This document shows, in pieces, positions 40,775 through 51,297 of a DNA stretch of 64,000 nucleotides. Origin of the DNA: an uncultured Chthonomonadaceae bacterium (GTDB taxonomy: Bacteria > Armatimonadota > Chthonomonadetes > Chthonomonadales > Chthonomonadaceae); NCBI GenBank assembly GCA_963835065.1, contig CAWIEK010000065.1:1-64000 (forward strand), in the 5' to 3' direction. Position numbers and translations under genes: made by a program. Position 1 is the stretch's first letter, and each line of letters begins with the position of its first letter. The notes below the pieces were generated by a model that saw only the letters and a list, made by a program, of their open reading frames with translations, did no database searches and had not been told where the DNA came from.

Positions 40775-41776
40775 ATGCAGAAACTATTCCGCAAATGGAG
40801 GAGACGATGGCGCTGGATAGTGGCGATAGGATTGACGATGGTTTTATGCGCTTGCGTGGATTATTGGGCGTATCCTTATGGAATTGCGTCTGACAGTCGT
40901 CGTTTTAATCGCGGCGAAAATGGCCTCTGGCTGCGCTATACATGGTACTTCGGGCAGCACAGTACGGCGGAAGCGCGTCAACTCGCGCAGCAACTGCACG
41001 CCCGGCAGATTCGCTACGCTTATTTCCACGTTCGCCATGTCAACTCGCAGGGGCGACTGGTTTTTCGCTATCCTGACGCTGCAAAAACGCTTATGCAATT
41101 GCTGCATCGGGAAAGCCCGGGCGTTCGGTGTATCGCCTGGATGGATGCTTTCGACTTACAGACAGGGCAGGCGGTTCCTCTGGCAAACGCGGACACGCGG
41201 CGCAGGATGGTTCAGGAAGCGGTTTGGCTCGTGCAAACGTGTGGTTTCGACGGCGTACAGTGGGATTATGAGCCATGCGCGAATGGGGATGCAAACCTGT
41301 TGGCACTGCTGCGGGAAACCAAAGCGGCTTTACCACCCGGCAGACTGCTTTCAGTTGCCACACCCGTATGGCTGCCTGAGGGGTTGCGGCGGTGGGGATG
41401 GAGCGATGCTTATTTTGCGCAAGTGGCAGCCGTGTGCGATCAAATGGCGGTAATGTGTTATGATACGGGATTTTATTTTCCGCGCTGTTACGTTTGGCTG
41501 ATACGGCAACAGGCTATTCATGTGACGCGAGCGGCGGCGAACGGCAACCCGCAGTGCCGCGTACTGCTCGGCGTTCCCACCTATGGAACAGGACTGCCTT
41601 CTCACAACCCCCGCGCCGAAAATATCACACTGGCATTGCAAGGCGTACGTGAAGGATTAAGCGATTCCAACGCCGAACCGTCCGCCTTTGCGGGTGTCGC
41701 CATTTTCGCCGACTACACAACCTCCCAGGAAGCATGGAACACCTATCAGGCGCAATGGCTGACGCCTTCCCGCTAA
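40775..41776 (+). CDS. Glycoside hydrolase family 18-like protein
   Basis: N-terminal TM helix; FDGVQWDYE (DxxDxDxE-like); DQMAVMCYD; LLGVPTYG. Confidence 0.75.
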   Translation: MQKLFRKWRRRWRWIVAIGLTMVLCACVDYWAYPYGIASDSRRFNRGENGLWLRYTWYFGQHSTAEARQLAQQLHARQIRYAYFHVRHVNSQGRLVFRYPDAAKTLMQLLHRESPGVRCIAWMDAFDLQTGQAVPLANADTRRRMVQEAVWLVQTCGFDGVQWDYEPCANGDANLLALLRETKAALPPGRLLSVATPVWLPEGLRRWGWSDAYFAQVAAVCDQMAVMCYDTGFYFPRCYVWLIRQQAIHVTRAAANGNPQCRVLLGVPTYGTGLPSHNPRAENITLALQGVREGLSDSNAEPSAFAGVAIFADYTTSQEAWNTYQAQWLTPSR

Positions 41777-41845
41777 AGTCATAGCCGTCGCACATCATTG
41801 ATGACAGCCTAAACTTAAATCTCTCTGCCCTCCCCTGCCTGCTTT

Positions 41846-41879
41846 CCCTCCGTGTCCTCCGTGTTCTCCGTGGTTCATT
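41846..41879. repeat. 9-mer arm (right) at GNAT stop
   Basis: Reverse complement aatgaaccacggagaacacggaggacacggagg. Confidence 0.85.
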
Positions 41880-42351
41880 ATCGTTTGAGCATGTCGGTGT
41901 AGATGCCCGGCGTACTGTCGGGGATGACCGTCGCGCCCACCGCTTTTTCGTAGAAGGGAATGGGGCCGACGCCGCCGATGATGCCGTAAGCGTAGCCCAT
42001 GTCGCGCATTCCGTGCAGGCAGGCCAGCAGCAGCGCTTTGCCGATGCCGCTTCCCCGCTCCGATTCCAATACACCCGTTGGCCCGAAGAAATTGCGCCGG
42101 GTCGCTTCATACGCGCCGAAGCCGATCACCTTGTCGCCGCGAATAGCGATATACAGGCTGATGGGCTGACGGGCGTAGCACGGCATGACTTCATCCGCCC
42201 AACCTATCGAAAAGTTCTTTTCGATGAACTGGCGAACGGCGGTGCTTTCAAAAGGATGGGCGCGGCGCACAATCACGCCCTGCGCCCGCTGTTCCGTCAG
42301 CAGTGGCTCTAAGGGCGCCAGTTTCAGCAGTTGTACCAGCATATCGGGCAT
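41878..42351 (-). CDS. GNAT acetyltransferase
   Basis: FGPTGVLESERGSGIGKALL..FYEK. Confidence 0.9.
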   Translation of the reverse strand: MPDMLVQLLKLAPLEPLLTEQRAQGVIVRRAHPFESTAVRQFIEKNFSIGWADEVMPCYARQPISLYIAIRGDKVIGFGAYEATRRNFFGPTGVLESERGSGIGKALLLACLHGMRDMGYAYGIIGGVGPIPFYEKAVGATVIPDSTPGIYTDMLKR

Positions 42352-42369
42352 AAAAAAAGTCTCCAAATA

Positions 42370-42442
42370 AGCGTTGAGAACAAAGCGTTGAGCGTTGAGA
42401 AGATGGCGTCAGGACACTTATAACCCTAAAACCTAAAACCCT
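42370..42442. repeat. Paired heptamer blocks (GCGTTGA / AAACCTA)
   Basis: agcgttgagaacaaagcgttgagcgttgag ... taaccctaaaacctaaaaccct. Confidence 0.7.
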
Positions 42443-43316
42443 ACCCCTCCCGTACCACGTCCAGAAACGCGCGCAACACAGGCGAGGGGTCTTCACGCCG
42501 ATAGACTACCCCCAATTCCGTGAGGGGCGCGGGTGGAGTCAGGGCGCGAAACACGACGGCCGCGCGCTGCACATTCTGCGTGGATTCGGGAACCAGCGTC
42601 ACGCCCAATCCCGCCGCGACAAGGCTGATGGCCGTATGGATTTCCGCCGTTTCCTGCACGATTTGCGGCTGAAACCCGGCTTCTTCACACGCGGCAACAA
42701 CCACATCGGCGTAGCTTGGACGCGGATGCCGGGGGAACAGAATAAACGGCTCTTCGGCAAGCGCGGACAGGGGCAACGCCGACTGCGCGGCGAAGGCATG
42801 GGACGCGGGTAATGCCGCTAAAAGCGGCTCTCGCGCAATCACTTCGCAGGTTAAATCGTCGTCCGTCAGGGGCGGGCGGGCAAAGCCGACATGGATACGC
42901 CGATCCCGCAATGCCTGCGCCTGTTTCGCGGATACCAGTTCCCGCAGCAGCAGTTCCACGCCGGGGTAGCGTTCCCGAAACGCGGACAACACTTGCGGCA
43001 GCAGCGCATACGTTGCCGATCCCACAAACCCGATGCCCAGCCACCCGGATTCGCCCCGCGCCACTCGCCTTCCCGCTGACGCCGCTTTTTCCAGATTCGC
43101 CAGCGTGTCCCGCGCTTCCTGCAAGAACATTTGCCCCGCGTCCGTTAAAGTGACGCGGCGATGGGCGCGATGAAACAGGGCAAAGCCGAGTTCGCGCTCC
43201 AACTGCTGTATCTGCTGACTGAGGGGTGGCTGCGCGATACACAGCCGTTCCGCCGCCCGCCCGAAGTGCAGTTCCTCGGCAACCGCCAGAAAATAGCGCA
43301 AGTGTCGCAGTTCCAT
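42441..43316 (-). CDS. LysR family transcriptional regulator
   Basis: MELRHLRYFLAVAEELHFGRAAERLCIAQPPLSQQIQQLE. Confidence 0.95.
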   Translation of the reverse strand: MELRHLRYFLAVAEELHFGRAAERLCIAQPPLSQQIQQLERELGFALFHRAHRRVTLTDAGQMFLQEARDTLANLEKAASAGRRVARGESGWLGIGFVGSATYALLPQVLSAFRERYPGVELLLRELVSAKQAQALRDRRIHVGFARPPLTDDDLTCEVIAREPLLAALPASHAFAAQSALPLSALAEEPFILFPRHPRPSYADVVVAACEEAGFQPQIVQETAEIHTAISLVAAGLGVTLVPESTQNVQRAAVVFRALTPPAPLTELGVVYRREDPSPVLRAFLDVVREG

Positions 43317-43512
43317 TCTGAATCCATATCTCCAAAGTATCAATACGCAGAAAAGATATATTGGACACGCGCGCTATTGTAGCATACAATGGAGGCGGAA
43401 CCTGACAGGCATGGAAACACCGACGCATACTTCATGCCGTCCGGCAGACGGCGCGACAATTCTGCCCTGCGCAAGCGCAAGGCGAAACTCGAACATCACA
43501 GGAGAAGGCAGC

Positions 43513-43824
43513 ATGGCAACACTGGAAGATACGAACGCGCAGCAGGAAATTGGCGCGTTGCAAAGCGCGGACACGCTGGCGCGGGTAAAGCAGGCCGTTC
43601 TGGAAGCGATGGGGCTGGACAACCGCGAATTCGCGCGCGAAACCTCACTTACCAATGACCTCAACGCCGATTCGCTGGATTTGGTCGAAATTTCAATGGC
43701 GCTGGAGGAAACGTTCGGCGTCGAATTCGGCGAGGACACGCTGCTGCTCACGACAGCCGGACAACTCGTGGACTACATCGAAGCCAAAACCGCCAATGCG
43801 GAACTCGATATTCCGTATATGTAA
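43513..43824 (+). CDS. acpP: Acyl carrier protein
   Basis: DLNADSLDLVEISMALEETFG (phosphopantetheine Ser). Confidence 0.88.
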   Translation: MATLEDTNAQQEIGALQSADTLARVKQAVLEAMGLDNREFARETSLTNDLNADSLDLVEISMALEETFGVEFGEDTLLLTTAGQLVDYIEAKTANAELDIPYM

Positions 43825-43841
43825 ACAGTGATTGAGCCTAT

Positions 43842-43868
43842 TTGCCGGGGATTTTCAATCCCCGGCAA
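43842..43868. terminator. Hairpin between convergent genes
   Basis: ttgccggggat / atccccggcaa. Confidence 0.75.
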
Positions 43869-43897
43869 CTCCTCGTATTTTTATCCCCACAAGCACG

Positions 43898-44350
43898 CTA
43901 CAGTTCCGCGTTGTCAAAGAACTCGATCACTTCCCCGTTCGGGCCACGCACGAAGGAAATATGAAACTCTAAGGGACGTTCGCTGTGCGCGGGCGTGACC
44001 TTTTTCGGTTCCATCGTCACCACTGCGCCGTGCGCGCGGGCGCGTTCCGTTGTGCCGGGTATGTCCTGCGAACGGATGGCGAAATGCAGCAATGCGCCTT
44101 CGGGAACGTCTTCGGGCTGCCCTTTGCCGCCCGCGAACACTTCCAGATAATTGCCGTCGCCCGTGTCCAGCATGGCTGCGCGGCTGTCCGGCTCGCCCTT
44201 GCTCCGGCCATCCTCGCCCCAGCCGTGTTTCTTCTGAAAACCCAGGCCATTGATGTAAAAGTCCAGCGTTTTATCGAAGTCATAGGCGCGCAGGGCGATA
44301 TGATGAAAGCCTCCGCCGCCGATAGTCGTATTCTGTCCATGATTGGGCAT
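43898..44350 (-). CDS. VOC/glyoxalase family protein
   Basis: FHHIAL..FYINGLG, HFAI, FVRGPNGEVIEF. Confidence 0.9.
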   Translation of the reverse strand: MPNHGQNTTIGGGGFHHIALRAYDFDKTLDFYINGLGFQKKHGWGEDGRSKGEPDSRAAMLDTGDGNYLEVFAGGKGQPEDVPEGALLHFAIRSQDIPGTTERARAHGAVVTMEPKKVTPAHSERPLEFHISFVRGPNGEVIEFFDNAEL

Positions 44351-44487
44351 GTTAGTATCCTTTCTTCCGATAGTATCTCGGCATGGTATCTTTGCTCTGG
44401 TTTCTTCCCCATGCCTACGCAAAAGTAGTGTTCAGCGTTCGCGCATGGCAGTCTTGCTGCAAAAACGTCGGCGCTCTGCTGCTTTAT

Positions 44488-44903
44488 TGAAGTGAACTCC
44501 AAAAACTGGACACAGAGGAACGGCTTGCCGAACTGGAGCGGCTCGTCGGGCAACTGACGCTGGAGTTGTCGGCGGCAAAAAAACTCTCAATCCTCCTGCC
44601 CTTGCGAGCGGGCAAAAGCGGGAGGTGATTGCGATGCTTGCCAAAGACTATCCTGTTGATTTGCTCTGTCGGCTGCTGTCGTGTCCGCGCAGTTCCTACT
44701 ATTATAAGGAGGCGCAAGAGGATAGGGCGGTACGCGATGCCATTGAGCAAATCGCCGCCACCTTCCCGCGCTACGGCTATCGGCGCATTACCGCCGAACT
44801 CGCGCGGCGCGGCCAGACGGTCAACCCTAAGCGCGTGTTGCGCATCATGCAAGCCGAAAACCTGCTCGTGGCTGTCAAACGCTATGCAGATACACAGCCA
44901 TAG
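44488..44903 (+). mobile_element. IS3-family remnant (IR, end of orfA, truncated orfB)
   Basis: TGAAGTGAACTCCAAAAACTGGACA IR-like end; ELERLVGQLTLE..KK with A7 slippery site; RSSYYY, YGYRRITAEL, VNPKRVLRIM; no DDE core. Confidence 0.85.
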
Positions 44904-45106
44904 GCTGCGCTCACATGGTTAGTCGGCAGACCTGTTACAGAGGCCATTATATGCCGGAAGAATTGCGCCGGTTGAACAAGAAAAACGCGCAAAGCAGGAG
45001 TTAAAGCGCGTGGCGCAGAAAATAGCCTTATTCCGCATCAAAGCTTCTCGGAATCTTTTTGGAACCACGAACAGCGTTATAATAGAGCGTAAAGGAGAGT
45101 GCGACA

Positions 45107-46060
45107 ATGCCCGGCCCCTTTCCCGGCATGGACCCGTATCTGGAAGACAGAGTGTTGTGGAACGGCATCCATCAGGGACTTATCAGCATCATTCGACGCC
45201 TGCTGAACGCGCGATTGCCGCTCGGTTATATTGCGGACATAGGCGAGCGCGTAATTCTAACCGCCCCGCCTCACGATTATTACCCGGACTTAAATGTATT
45301 CCGGCGGCATATATCCCCACCCGCATCCTCAAATATCGGGGGGAGGGGAGGCGTTGCCGTCGCGGAGGCCGTTGCCATAGGTGTGAGCGATGATCCCTAT
45401 ATGCTGACAGTGGAACCGATAGAACTGCGCGAAGTGTTTGTGGAAGTGCGGCCTGCGGGCGATGAGTCGCGGGTCGTGACGGTCATTGAAATCCTGAGTT
45501 ACATTAACAAAACGCCCGACGAGGAGGCGCGTGAGAGCTACCGAAGGAAGCAGCAAAATTTACTGCGCAGTGGCGCGCACTTGATTGAGATTGATCTGCT
45601 GCGTACCGGCCGGCATACCGTTGCCGTACCCGAAAAAATTGTGCGCCACCATGTAGACCACTGGCACTATCTGGTATGCCTGCACCGGGCGGGACACGGG
45701 AAAGACTTTGAAGTATGGGCGCGTACCGTGCGGGATCGCCTGCCCCGCATTCGCGTTCCACTGGAAAACGGCCTGCCGGACGTGGTTTTGGACTTGCAGG
45801 AAGCCTTCGACCGCAATTACGAGGAGGGCGCGTACATCCAGCGTATAGATTACCGCAAGCCCGCGTCCATTCCCGTTCGCCCGCCCGATGAGGCGTGGGC
45901 GGACGAACTGCTGCGCTCACTCGGATTTCGGCCACAACCCGATCCAGCGCCGCAAAATACATTAGAAGCGCATCCATCACAAACGGATATAACGCAGACA
46001 GATTCATTTCAACAAAATCCAACGCCGCCGGAGACAACGCAGCAGGAGCCAAACCCATGA
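45107..46060 (+). CDS. DUF4058 family protein
   Basis: MPGPFPGMDPYLE, VTVIEILSYINK, HLIEIDLLR. Confidence 0.9.
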   Translation: MPGPFPGMDPYLEDRVLWNGIHQGLISIIRRLLNARLPLGYIADIGERVILTAPPHDYYPDLNVFRRHISPPASSNIGGRGGVAVAEAVAIGVSDDPYMLTVEPIELREVFVEVRPAGDESRVVTVIEILSYINKTPDEEARESYRRKQQNLLRSGAHLIEIDLLRTGRHTVAVPEKIVRHHVDHWHYLVCLHRAGHGKDFEVWARTVRDRLPRIRVPLENGLPDVVLDLQEAFDRNYEEGAYIQRIDYRKPASIPVRPPDEAWADELLRSLGFRPQPDPAPQNTLEAHPSQTDITQTDSFQQNPTPPETTQQEPNP

Positions 46061-46875
46061 AAAACACGCTTTCCGATGAACAGATAAAGCAGTATCAGGA
46101 AAATGGTTTCCTCGTCATTGAACATTTTTTGGAGCCGGGGGAGCTGGAACACTGGCGGCAGACGACGCAGGAAGCCGTCAATCAGCGCATCGAGCAGACG
46201 CGGGGCAAGGATTGGTTCGAGGCGCTGAACAATCAGGCCGACCCGGATAACTATTACGCGCAGGTGTTCACGCAATGCCTGAAACTGGCCGACTCGCATC
46301 CGGGCATGCATGAGTTGATGTTCGATCCGCGTTTGGGCGAGATGGCGGCTACGCTTGCGGGTGTGGACGGTATCCGCATCTGGCACGATCAAGCGCTGTT
46401 CAAGCCCGCCTTCGGCAACCCCACCGCCTGGCACTTAGACAACCCCTACTGGTCCTTTTCGTCCCGGCAGTCGCTGTCGCTGTGGGTCGCCCTTGATGAC
46501 GCCACGCTGGGCAACGGCTGTATGTGGTACGTTCCCGGCAGCCAGAAAACAGCCTCGTTTGATAACGTCGGCATCGGGCAGAATCTGGCGGATTTGTTCA
46601 AATGCTACCCGCAGTGGCGCGACATTGCCCCCGTAGCCTGTCCCTGTCCCGCCGGTTCCGCCGTGTTCCACAACGGCCTGACGGCGCACGGAGCCGGGGC
46701 CAATATGACGCATCGCCCCCGCCGCGCCATGACCTGCGCCTACATGCCGGACGGCGCGACCTTCAACGGCAAGCGCAACATCCTGCCGGAAGCCTATTTC
46801 AACTCCCTGAAAGTCGGCGACGTACTGAATAACGACGCCGTTAACCCGCTCATCTGGTCAAAACAAAGCAGTTGA
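46057..46875 (+). CDS. Phytanoyl-CoA dioxygenase (PhyH) family
   Basis: YQENGFLV, WHLD, WVALDDAT..NGCM..PGS, HGAGAN..PRRA. Confidence 0.9.
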   Translation: MKNTLSDEQIKQYQENGFLVIEHFLEPGELEHWRQTTQEAVNQRIEQTRGKDWFEALNNQADPDNYYAQVFTQCLKLADSHPGMHELMFDPRLGEMAATLAGVDGIRIWHDQALFKPAFGNPTAWHLDNPYWSFSSRQSLSLWVALDDATLGNGCMWYVPGSQKTASFDNVGIGQNLADLFKCYPQWRDIAPVACPCPAGSAVFHNGLTAHGAGANMTHRPRRAMTCAYMPDGATFNGKRNILPEAYFNSLKVGDVLNNDAVNPLIWSKQSS

Positions 46876-46890
46876 TAGTTGATAGTTGAT
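46870..46890. repeat. (AGTTGAT)x3 at stop codon
   Basis: agttgatagttgatagttgat. Confidence 0.7.
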
Positions 46891-46951
46891 CGAGGCGCAG
46901 GAACTACGAACTTTCAGCGCACCTTCGTTTTAGTGTAAATCTCTACGAGCA

Positions 46952-47869
46952 ATGAAACACATTTCCCGCAAGCATCGCGCGCCGGACGGCGCGCAAACAC
47001 CAACCTGCGTTGACAAAAAAACTGCATACGCATTTCGTACCTGTCGAAATCGCCGGATTTTGGGACTGTCGGCGATACTGGCGCTTGCGCTGCCGGGGTG
47101 TCACCGCAACAATGCGCGGGTCGCTGCCGTCACTCCTGTCGCGCCGCCGGTTGCGCCGGTTGTGGCGGTTCCCACCAACCCGCTCGCCACGTATAAACCT
47201 TCCCCGCGCATTTTCGAGTTTCAACGCTATGCGCCGAAACAGGTTGCGCTGACGTTTGATGCCGGCTCAGACGATTCCGCCGTGCAGGCGATTTTAGCCG
47301 CGCTGAAACAGCATCATACGCGCTCTACGTTCTTTCTGACGGGTCGGTTTTGCGAACAGTACCCCGATTCGTGCCGCGCTATCGGGGCGGCGGGTATGGA
47401 AATCGGCAACCACTCGTATTCGCATCCCCGGTTTACCAAGCGCAAGGAGGCGGAAATCGAAACGCAGTTGGCGCGGGCGGAACAGGCAATCAGCAAAGCC
47501 TGCGGACGCGGCGCGAAACCGCTCTTTCGCTTTCCGTATGGGGATGAAAACAAACGCGCAAGGCATACGGTGGCGCAGAACGGCTATCAGGCTATCGGCT
47601 GGTCGCTGGATTCGTGGGACAGCGTAGGGAAGCCCAAATCCGCCGATTTCGTCGCCAAGCGCATTCTTGCCAAAATCAAGCCGGGCAACATCGTCCTCAT
47701 GCACGTCAGCTACCCCGAATCCGCGAAAGCCTTGCCGCGCATCTTCGCGTATCTGGACAAACAGGGCATTGCCAACGTGCCGGTCAGCGAACTGCTCCTT
47801 GCCCCGCCGCCATCCGCGCCCAAAACGCGAATCACGCAAGGGCCGCAAACGGTTCGGAAAGGCTTATAG
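46952..47869 (+). CDS. Polysaccharide deacetylase (CE4), probable lipoprotein
   Basis: VALTFDAG, EIGNHSYSH, FRFPYG, IVLMH; LALPGC lipobox-like. Confidence 0.9.
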   Translation: MKHISRKHRAPDGAQTPTCVDKKTAYAFRTCRNRRILGLSAILALALPGCHRNNARVAAVTPVAPPVAPVVAVPTNPLATYKPSPRIFEFQRYAPKQVALTFDAGSDDSAVQAILAALKQHHTRSTFFLTGRFCEQYPDSCRAIGAAGMEIGNHSYSHPRFTKRKEAEIETQLARAEQAISKACGRGAKPLFRFPYGDENKRARHTVAQNGYQAIGWSLDSWDSVGKPKSADFVAKRILAKIKPGNIVLMHVSYPESAKALPRIFAYLDKQGIANVPVSELLLAPPPSAPKTRITQGPQTVRKGL

Positions 47870-47876
47870 CCGCGTA

Positions 47877-48575
47877 ATGAGCGATTCTTCACAGCCACCC
47901 GTCCTGCATACTTCGGAGGGCGAAGCGTTTCCCCTGCACGAGTACCACTTGCGCCTTGCGGGGCGCGAGTGGACCATTCTGCACACGGGCGTAATTCTTA
48001 CGTATGCCGACGAGTTAAACTTTTTCCGCGAACTGCTGAATCATATTCCCTATGGCGTGGCACTGTGGCCTTCCGCCATCGCCCTCGCCTCAGAACTCGC
48101 GTCACGGGGCGCGGAACTGAAAGGCAAAACCGTGCTGGAATTGGGCGCGGGAACGGGGCTGCCGGGGATTGTGGCGGCGTCCTTGGGCGCAAGGGTGGCG
48201 CAGACGGATCGGCAGGAACTGGCAATGACCGTGTGCAAGCGCAACGCGGCCCTCAACGGCATGGGGCAATTGGAACCGGGGCAATTGGAACACCGGCTTG
48301 TGGATTGGGAAAACTGGCAGGATACGACGCGCTACGACTGGATACTCGGCTCCGACATTATGTACGGCGAACCGATGCATGCCCACCTACAGCGCATTTT
48401 TGAAACCAACCTTGCGCTTGATGGCCGGCTGCTGATTGCCGACCCGTTTCGCGGAACCAGCCTGCGCCTGATGGAAGCCATGCAGGAACAGGGCTGGAAC
48501 ATTGCTATCTCCAAATGGAATTTAGGCGACGAAACCGCCCCGCGTCCCATCGGTGTTTTTGAACTTTCACGTTAG
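47877..48575 (+). CDS. SAM-dependent methyltransferase (METTL21/Methyltransf_16-like)
   Basis: PYGVALWPSA, VLELGAGTGLPG, ILGSDIMY. Confidence 0.88.
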   Translation: MSDSSQPPVLHTSEGEAFPLHEYHLRLAGREWTILHTGVILTYADELNFFRELLNHIPYGVALWPSAIALASELASRGAELKGKTVLELGAGTGLPGIVAASLGARVAQTDRQELAMTVCKRNAALNGMGQLEPGQLEHRLVDWENWQDTTRYDWILGSDIMYGEPMHAHLQRIFETNLALDGRLLIADPFRGTSLRLMEAMQEQGWNIAISKWNLGDETAPRPIGVFELSR

Positions 48576-48720
48576 TGTTCGTACATCTAACCCTTTGCGA
48601 ACCCTGCGCCTGCGTCTTGAAGAACGCGCCAGGGTCCTGAAACGTGGCCTGCCGCAGTTATTGGCGGCAGGCAGTTTGTCACATTTGTGATTTGCAATCG
48701 GGTACCGAACTCTGCTGTCA

Positions 48721-50276
48721 TTATGGCGTTGCGCTGCAAGGCCGATCTGCTTTCTGCCACAAATTCCCTGCAAAATCAGGGCCGGTTTCCCCGCGCCATG
48801 CGCTGTATTCGCTGCCATATCGTTTCCGGTTTGGCTTGCTTCGCGCTTGCTGGCGCCGGCCGCGCAGTCGGGGCGGTGGCAGGGAAGAAGTTTCGGTCTT
48901 CGGCATTTCTGCCACAACGGGAGCGGTAGGCAGAGACGAAGGCAGGGAGGCTGTCGGCGCTGCGCTTGCTGCCACGCTTGCAGCGACACGCGAAGGCGCA
49001 GCAGACGCGGTGGGCTGCGAACTTGCTGCCATCATTGCCTCAACAGGCAAGGGCCGAGAGGTAGTTTCGAACTTCGCGCTTTCTGTTACCACTGCCAGGA
49101 CAGCGGGCAACGCGGACTCGGCAGGCGTTTTGGCATCCAAATTCCATATCTCGCTCATCATGTCCGGCACATGGAACTGATCGCGGTGGTCCGCGCGCTC
49201 CAATTCTGCCAAGCCCTTCAAAATCAGCCGTCCCAGCGAGTCATTGGCAATGCCCATGAGCTGGTGATTGCGGAACAAGTTAGTCTCGATGCCATGCACC
49301 GCGCCTACCACATTCATCAGGCGCTTCATGATGCCATGAGGCGGCACTTTTGCTACGCCGAGCATGTCCGACACTTCCTCCCCCATATACAGCCGGATTT
49401 GCGCGGGAATAACCCCATCCATAATTTCGCCGGGCAGTATTTCCTCCAACACGTCTACCAATCCGCTCGTCAGGGCGATCCCGGAGAGACTCGACGCATA
49501 GACCCGCTTGGCAATGGTCTCATACAACGATTTGCCGTCCTCGACGTTCTCCGGCAGCAGCGTCTCGTCCACGCCCATCAGATAACCCACATAGCGCCAG
49601 GTGTGCATGAAGGCCTCCTGCTCTTCAGGAGACACATACAGGTGCGACTTCGCCATGCCATCCAAGACAACGGTGGCAAAAGTCATCAGGGTGAGCGCCA
49701 GATATTCCTGATTGAGAGGTATGCCCCATTCCTTCTCGTTCCAGCGCCCCTCCGGCTGATGATGCAGGATACGGCGATTGGTGGCATGAAGCAGGCGCAC
49801 CTTTTTGGCCGTAATCGCGCCGTGATTATTGTCCGTCAGGTTACCGGGCTGCAGCACGTCGAGGGCAAAGCGCGTGGTTTCGATGACGCGGCGGCGGGGA
49901 TGTTTGGTCAACTGATGCGATTGATCCAGCGCAACCACACCCGGCGCATCGGCATAACACGCAGGCAGCGACGCGCACATCAAAATCATGCAGAGTTCCA
50001 CGCCATGCCGTATGCACAGGTCGGCTCCCATGGCGATTTTGTCCGAATCTACCCACGCCGGCCTGTCTTCATTCAGAAAATAGGCTTTCATATCGTCGCG
50101 CATATCGTCGGGTACGGTTTCATGGACCTTGACAATCTGGCGTATCAAATTACCATCTTTTGTTCGCCCGTGAGTTCGTCACTGCCTTCTGCGACAACTT
50201 CCGCGACAAGTTTGTCTGCCCACTTATCCCCTTCATACCGCTTATTCACCAGCGCCTGTGACCAATCTTTTGCCAT
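48721..50276 (-). CDS. Oxygenase MpaB/DUF2236 family protein (frameshift near 50150; C-terminus uncertain)
   Basis: RRVIET, KVRLLHA, WGIPLNQ, WRYVGYLMGV; upstream frame MAKDWSQ..GDKWADKLV. Confidence 0.8.
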
Positions 50277-50584
50277 GTTTGTCTACTCCCTTTACCCTCA
50301 GCCGTGAATGTCTATTGAGAGGGCCATACCTGATGATAGTACCTGTACTTTTTGTGCCAATAGCCTATTCAGACATGGAATTGCGCGGAATTTGCGCGCT
50401 GTGCGCGGAATTTGCATATTTGGAATCGCGCTGCAAATCCTGTGAGGATTGCGGAAGTCGTATAATGCAAGAGGAAGCTGCAGGCAGGGAGGCAATACCC
50501 TGTGGAAGAGCATTTCGGCAGCCAGTTGCGGGCGTAACCGTAAGATGCGGGGCTGACACAGGCGCAGTTGGCAATTCGCGCTTA

Positions 50585-50825
50585 TCAGGCGCTTCGTTCC
50601 AACTGATTTGCAAGCGCGTCGGCCTCTTTTTTGTAATAATCCGCCTGTTCCGCGGTAATCAAGGCGTAAGCCTGCCGCAAATGGCTGTCCGTATCGTTCC
50701 GGGCGCCCATTTTCAGGAACACGGACGTTTGGAAGAGTTGGCGCATAATGGGATAATAGTACGCCTTGCCCGGAATTTGCAGGTCAACCTCCAATGCCTC
50801 CTCGCAACGCCCTTCCTGAACCAGA
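50585..50825 (-). pseudogene. 3' fragment of a helical (TPR-like) gene
   Basis: GRCEEALEV..HLRQAYAL..; no plausible 5' part. Confidence 0.35.
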
Positions 50826-50829
50826 AGAC

Positions 50830-50968
50830 TGGCGTGAACCACTTGAATTCCTTCGAGAACGTAAGCGGAAATACCGTTACTGCCGTTCCCGAACCCGGCA
50901 GCATCGCCCTGCTTGTCGGCCTGGGCGTGACCGGCGCAGGCTTTCTCGTCCGCAAAAGTCGCAAGTAG
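50830..50968 (+). pseudogene. Orphan PEP-CTERM sorting-signal tail
   Basis: VPEPGSIALLVGLGVTGAGFLVRKSRK*; upstream part of the ORF lacks a signal peptide and overlaps an opposite-strand fragment. Confidence 0.7.
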
Positions 50969-51297
50969 GCGGTGCATCCCGCTTCTTGCCGTATTCGCCT
51001 GCGTGGAAGTAGGCGAATACGACCTGCGCGTGAGAGGGTTGGCGCAGGCGCTCCCCTGCCGCATTTCGTACCTGATTTAACAAGTTCAAATCGCTGTATC
51101 TCCTTGATTTATTAATGGAGATACAGCGATTTCCTGTTGCTTGTGTTCCGTTCGTGTTCCGCCAAATTTCCAGGCTTGCGAATGTCTCGCCACCGCGCCC
51201 CGCTTGCAAATCTACTCCGTTGCCTCCTTCGCGCTTGCCGCCGCGTCTTCCGGTTCCGGGTCGTCCTGCGGGCGCGCTGCCCAAAACGCGGGCGCGG

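Noticed and set aside
50258..50968. Complete 236-aa PEP-CTERM protein
   Set aside because: No signal peptide and implausible N-terminal composition; only the last ~45 aa look real.
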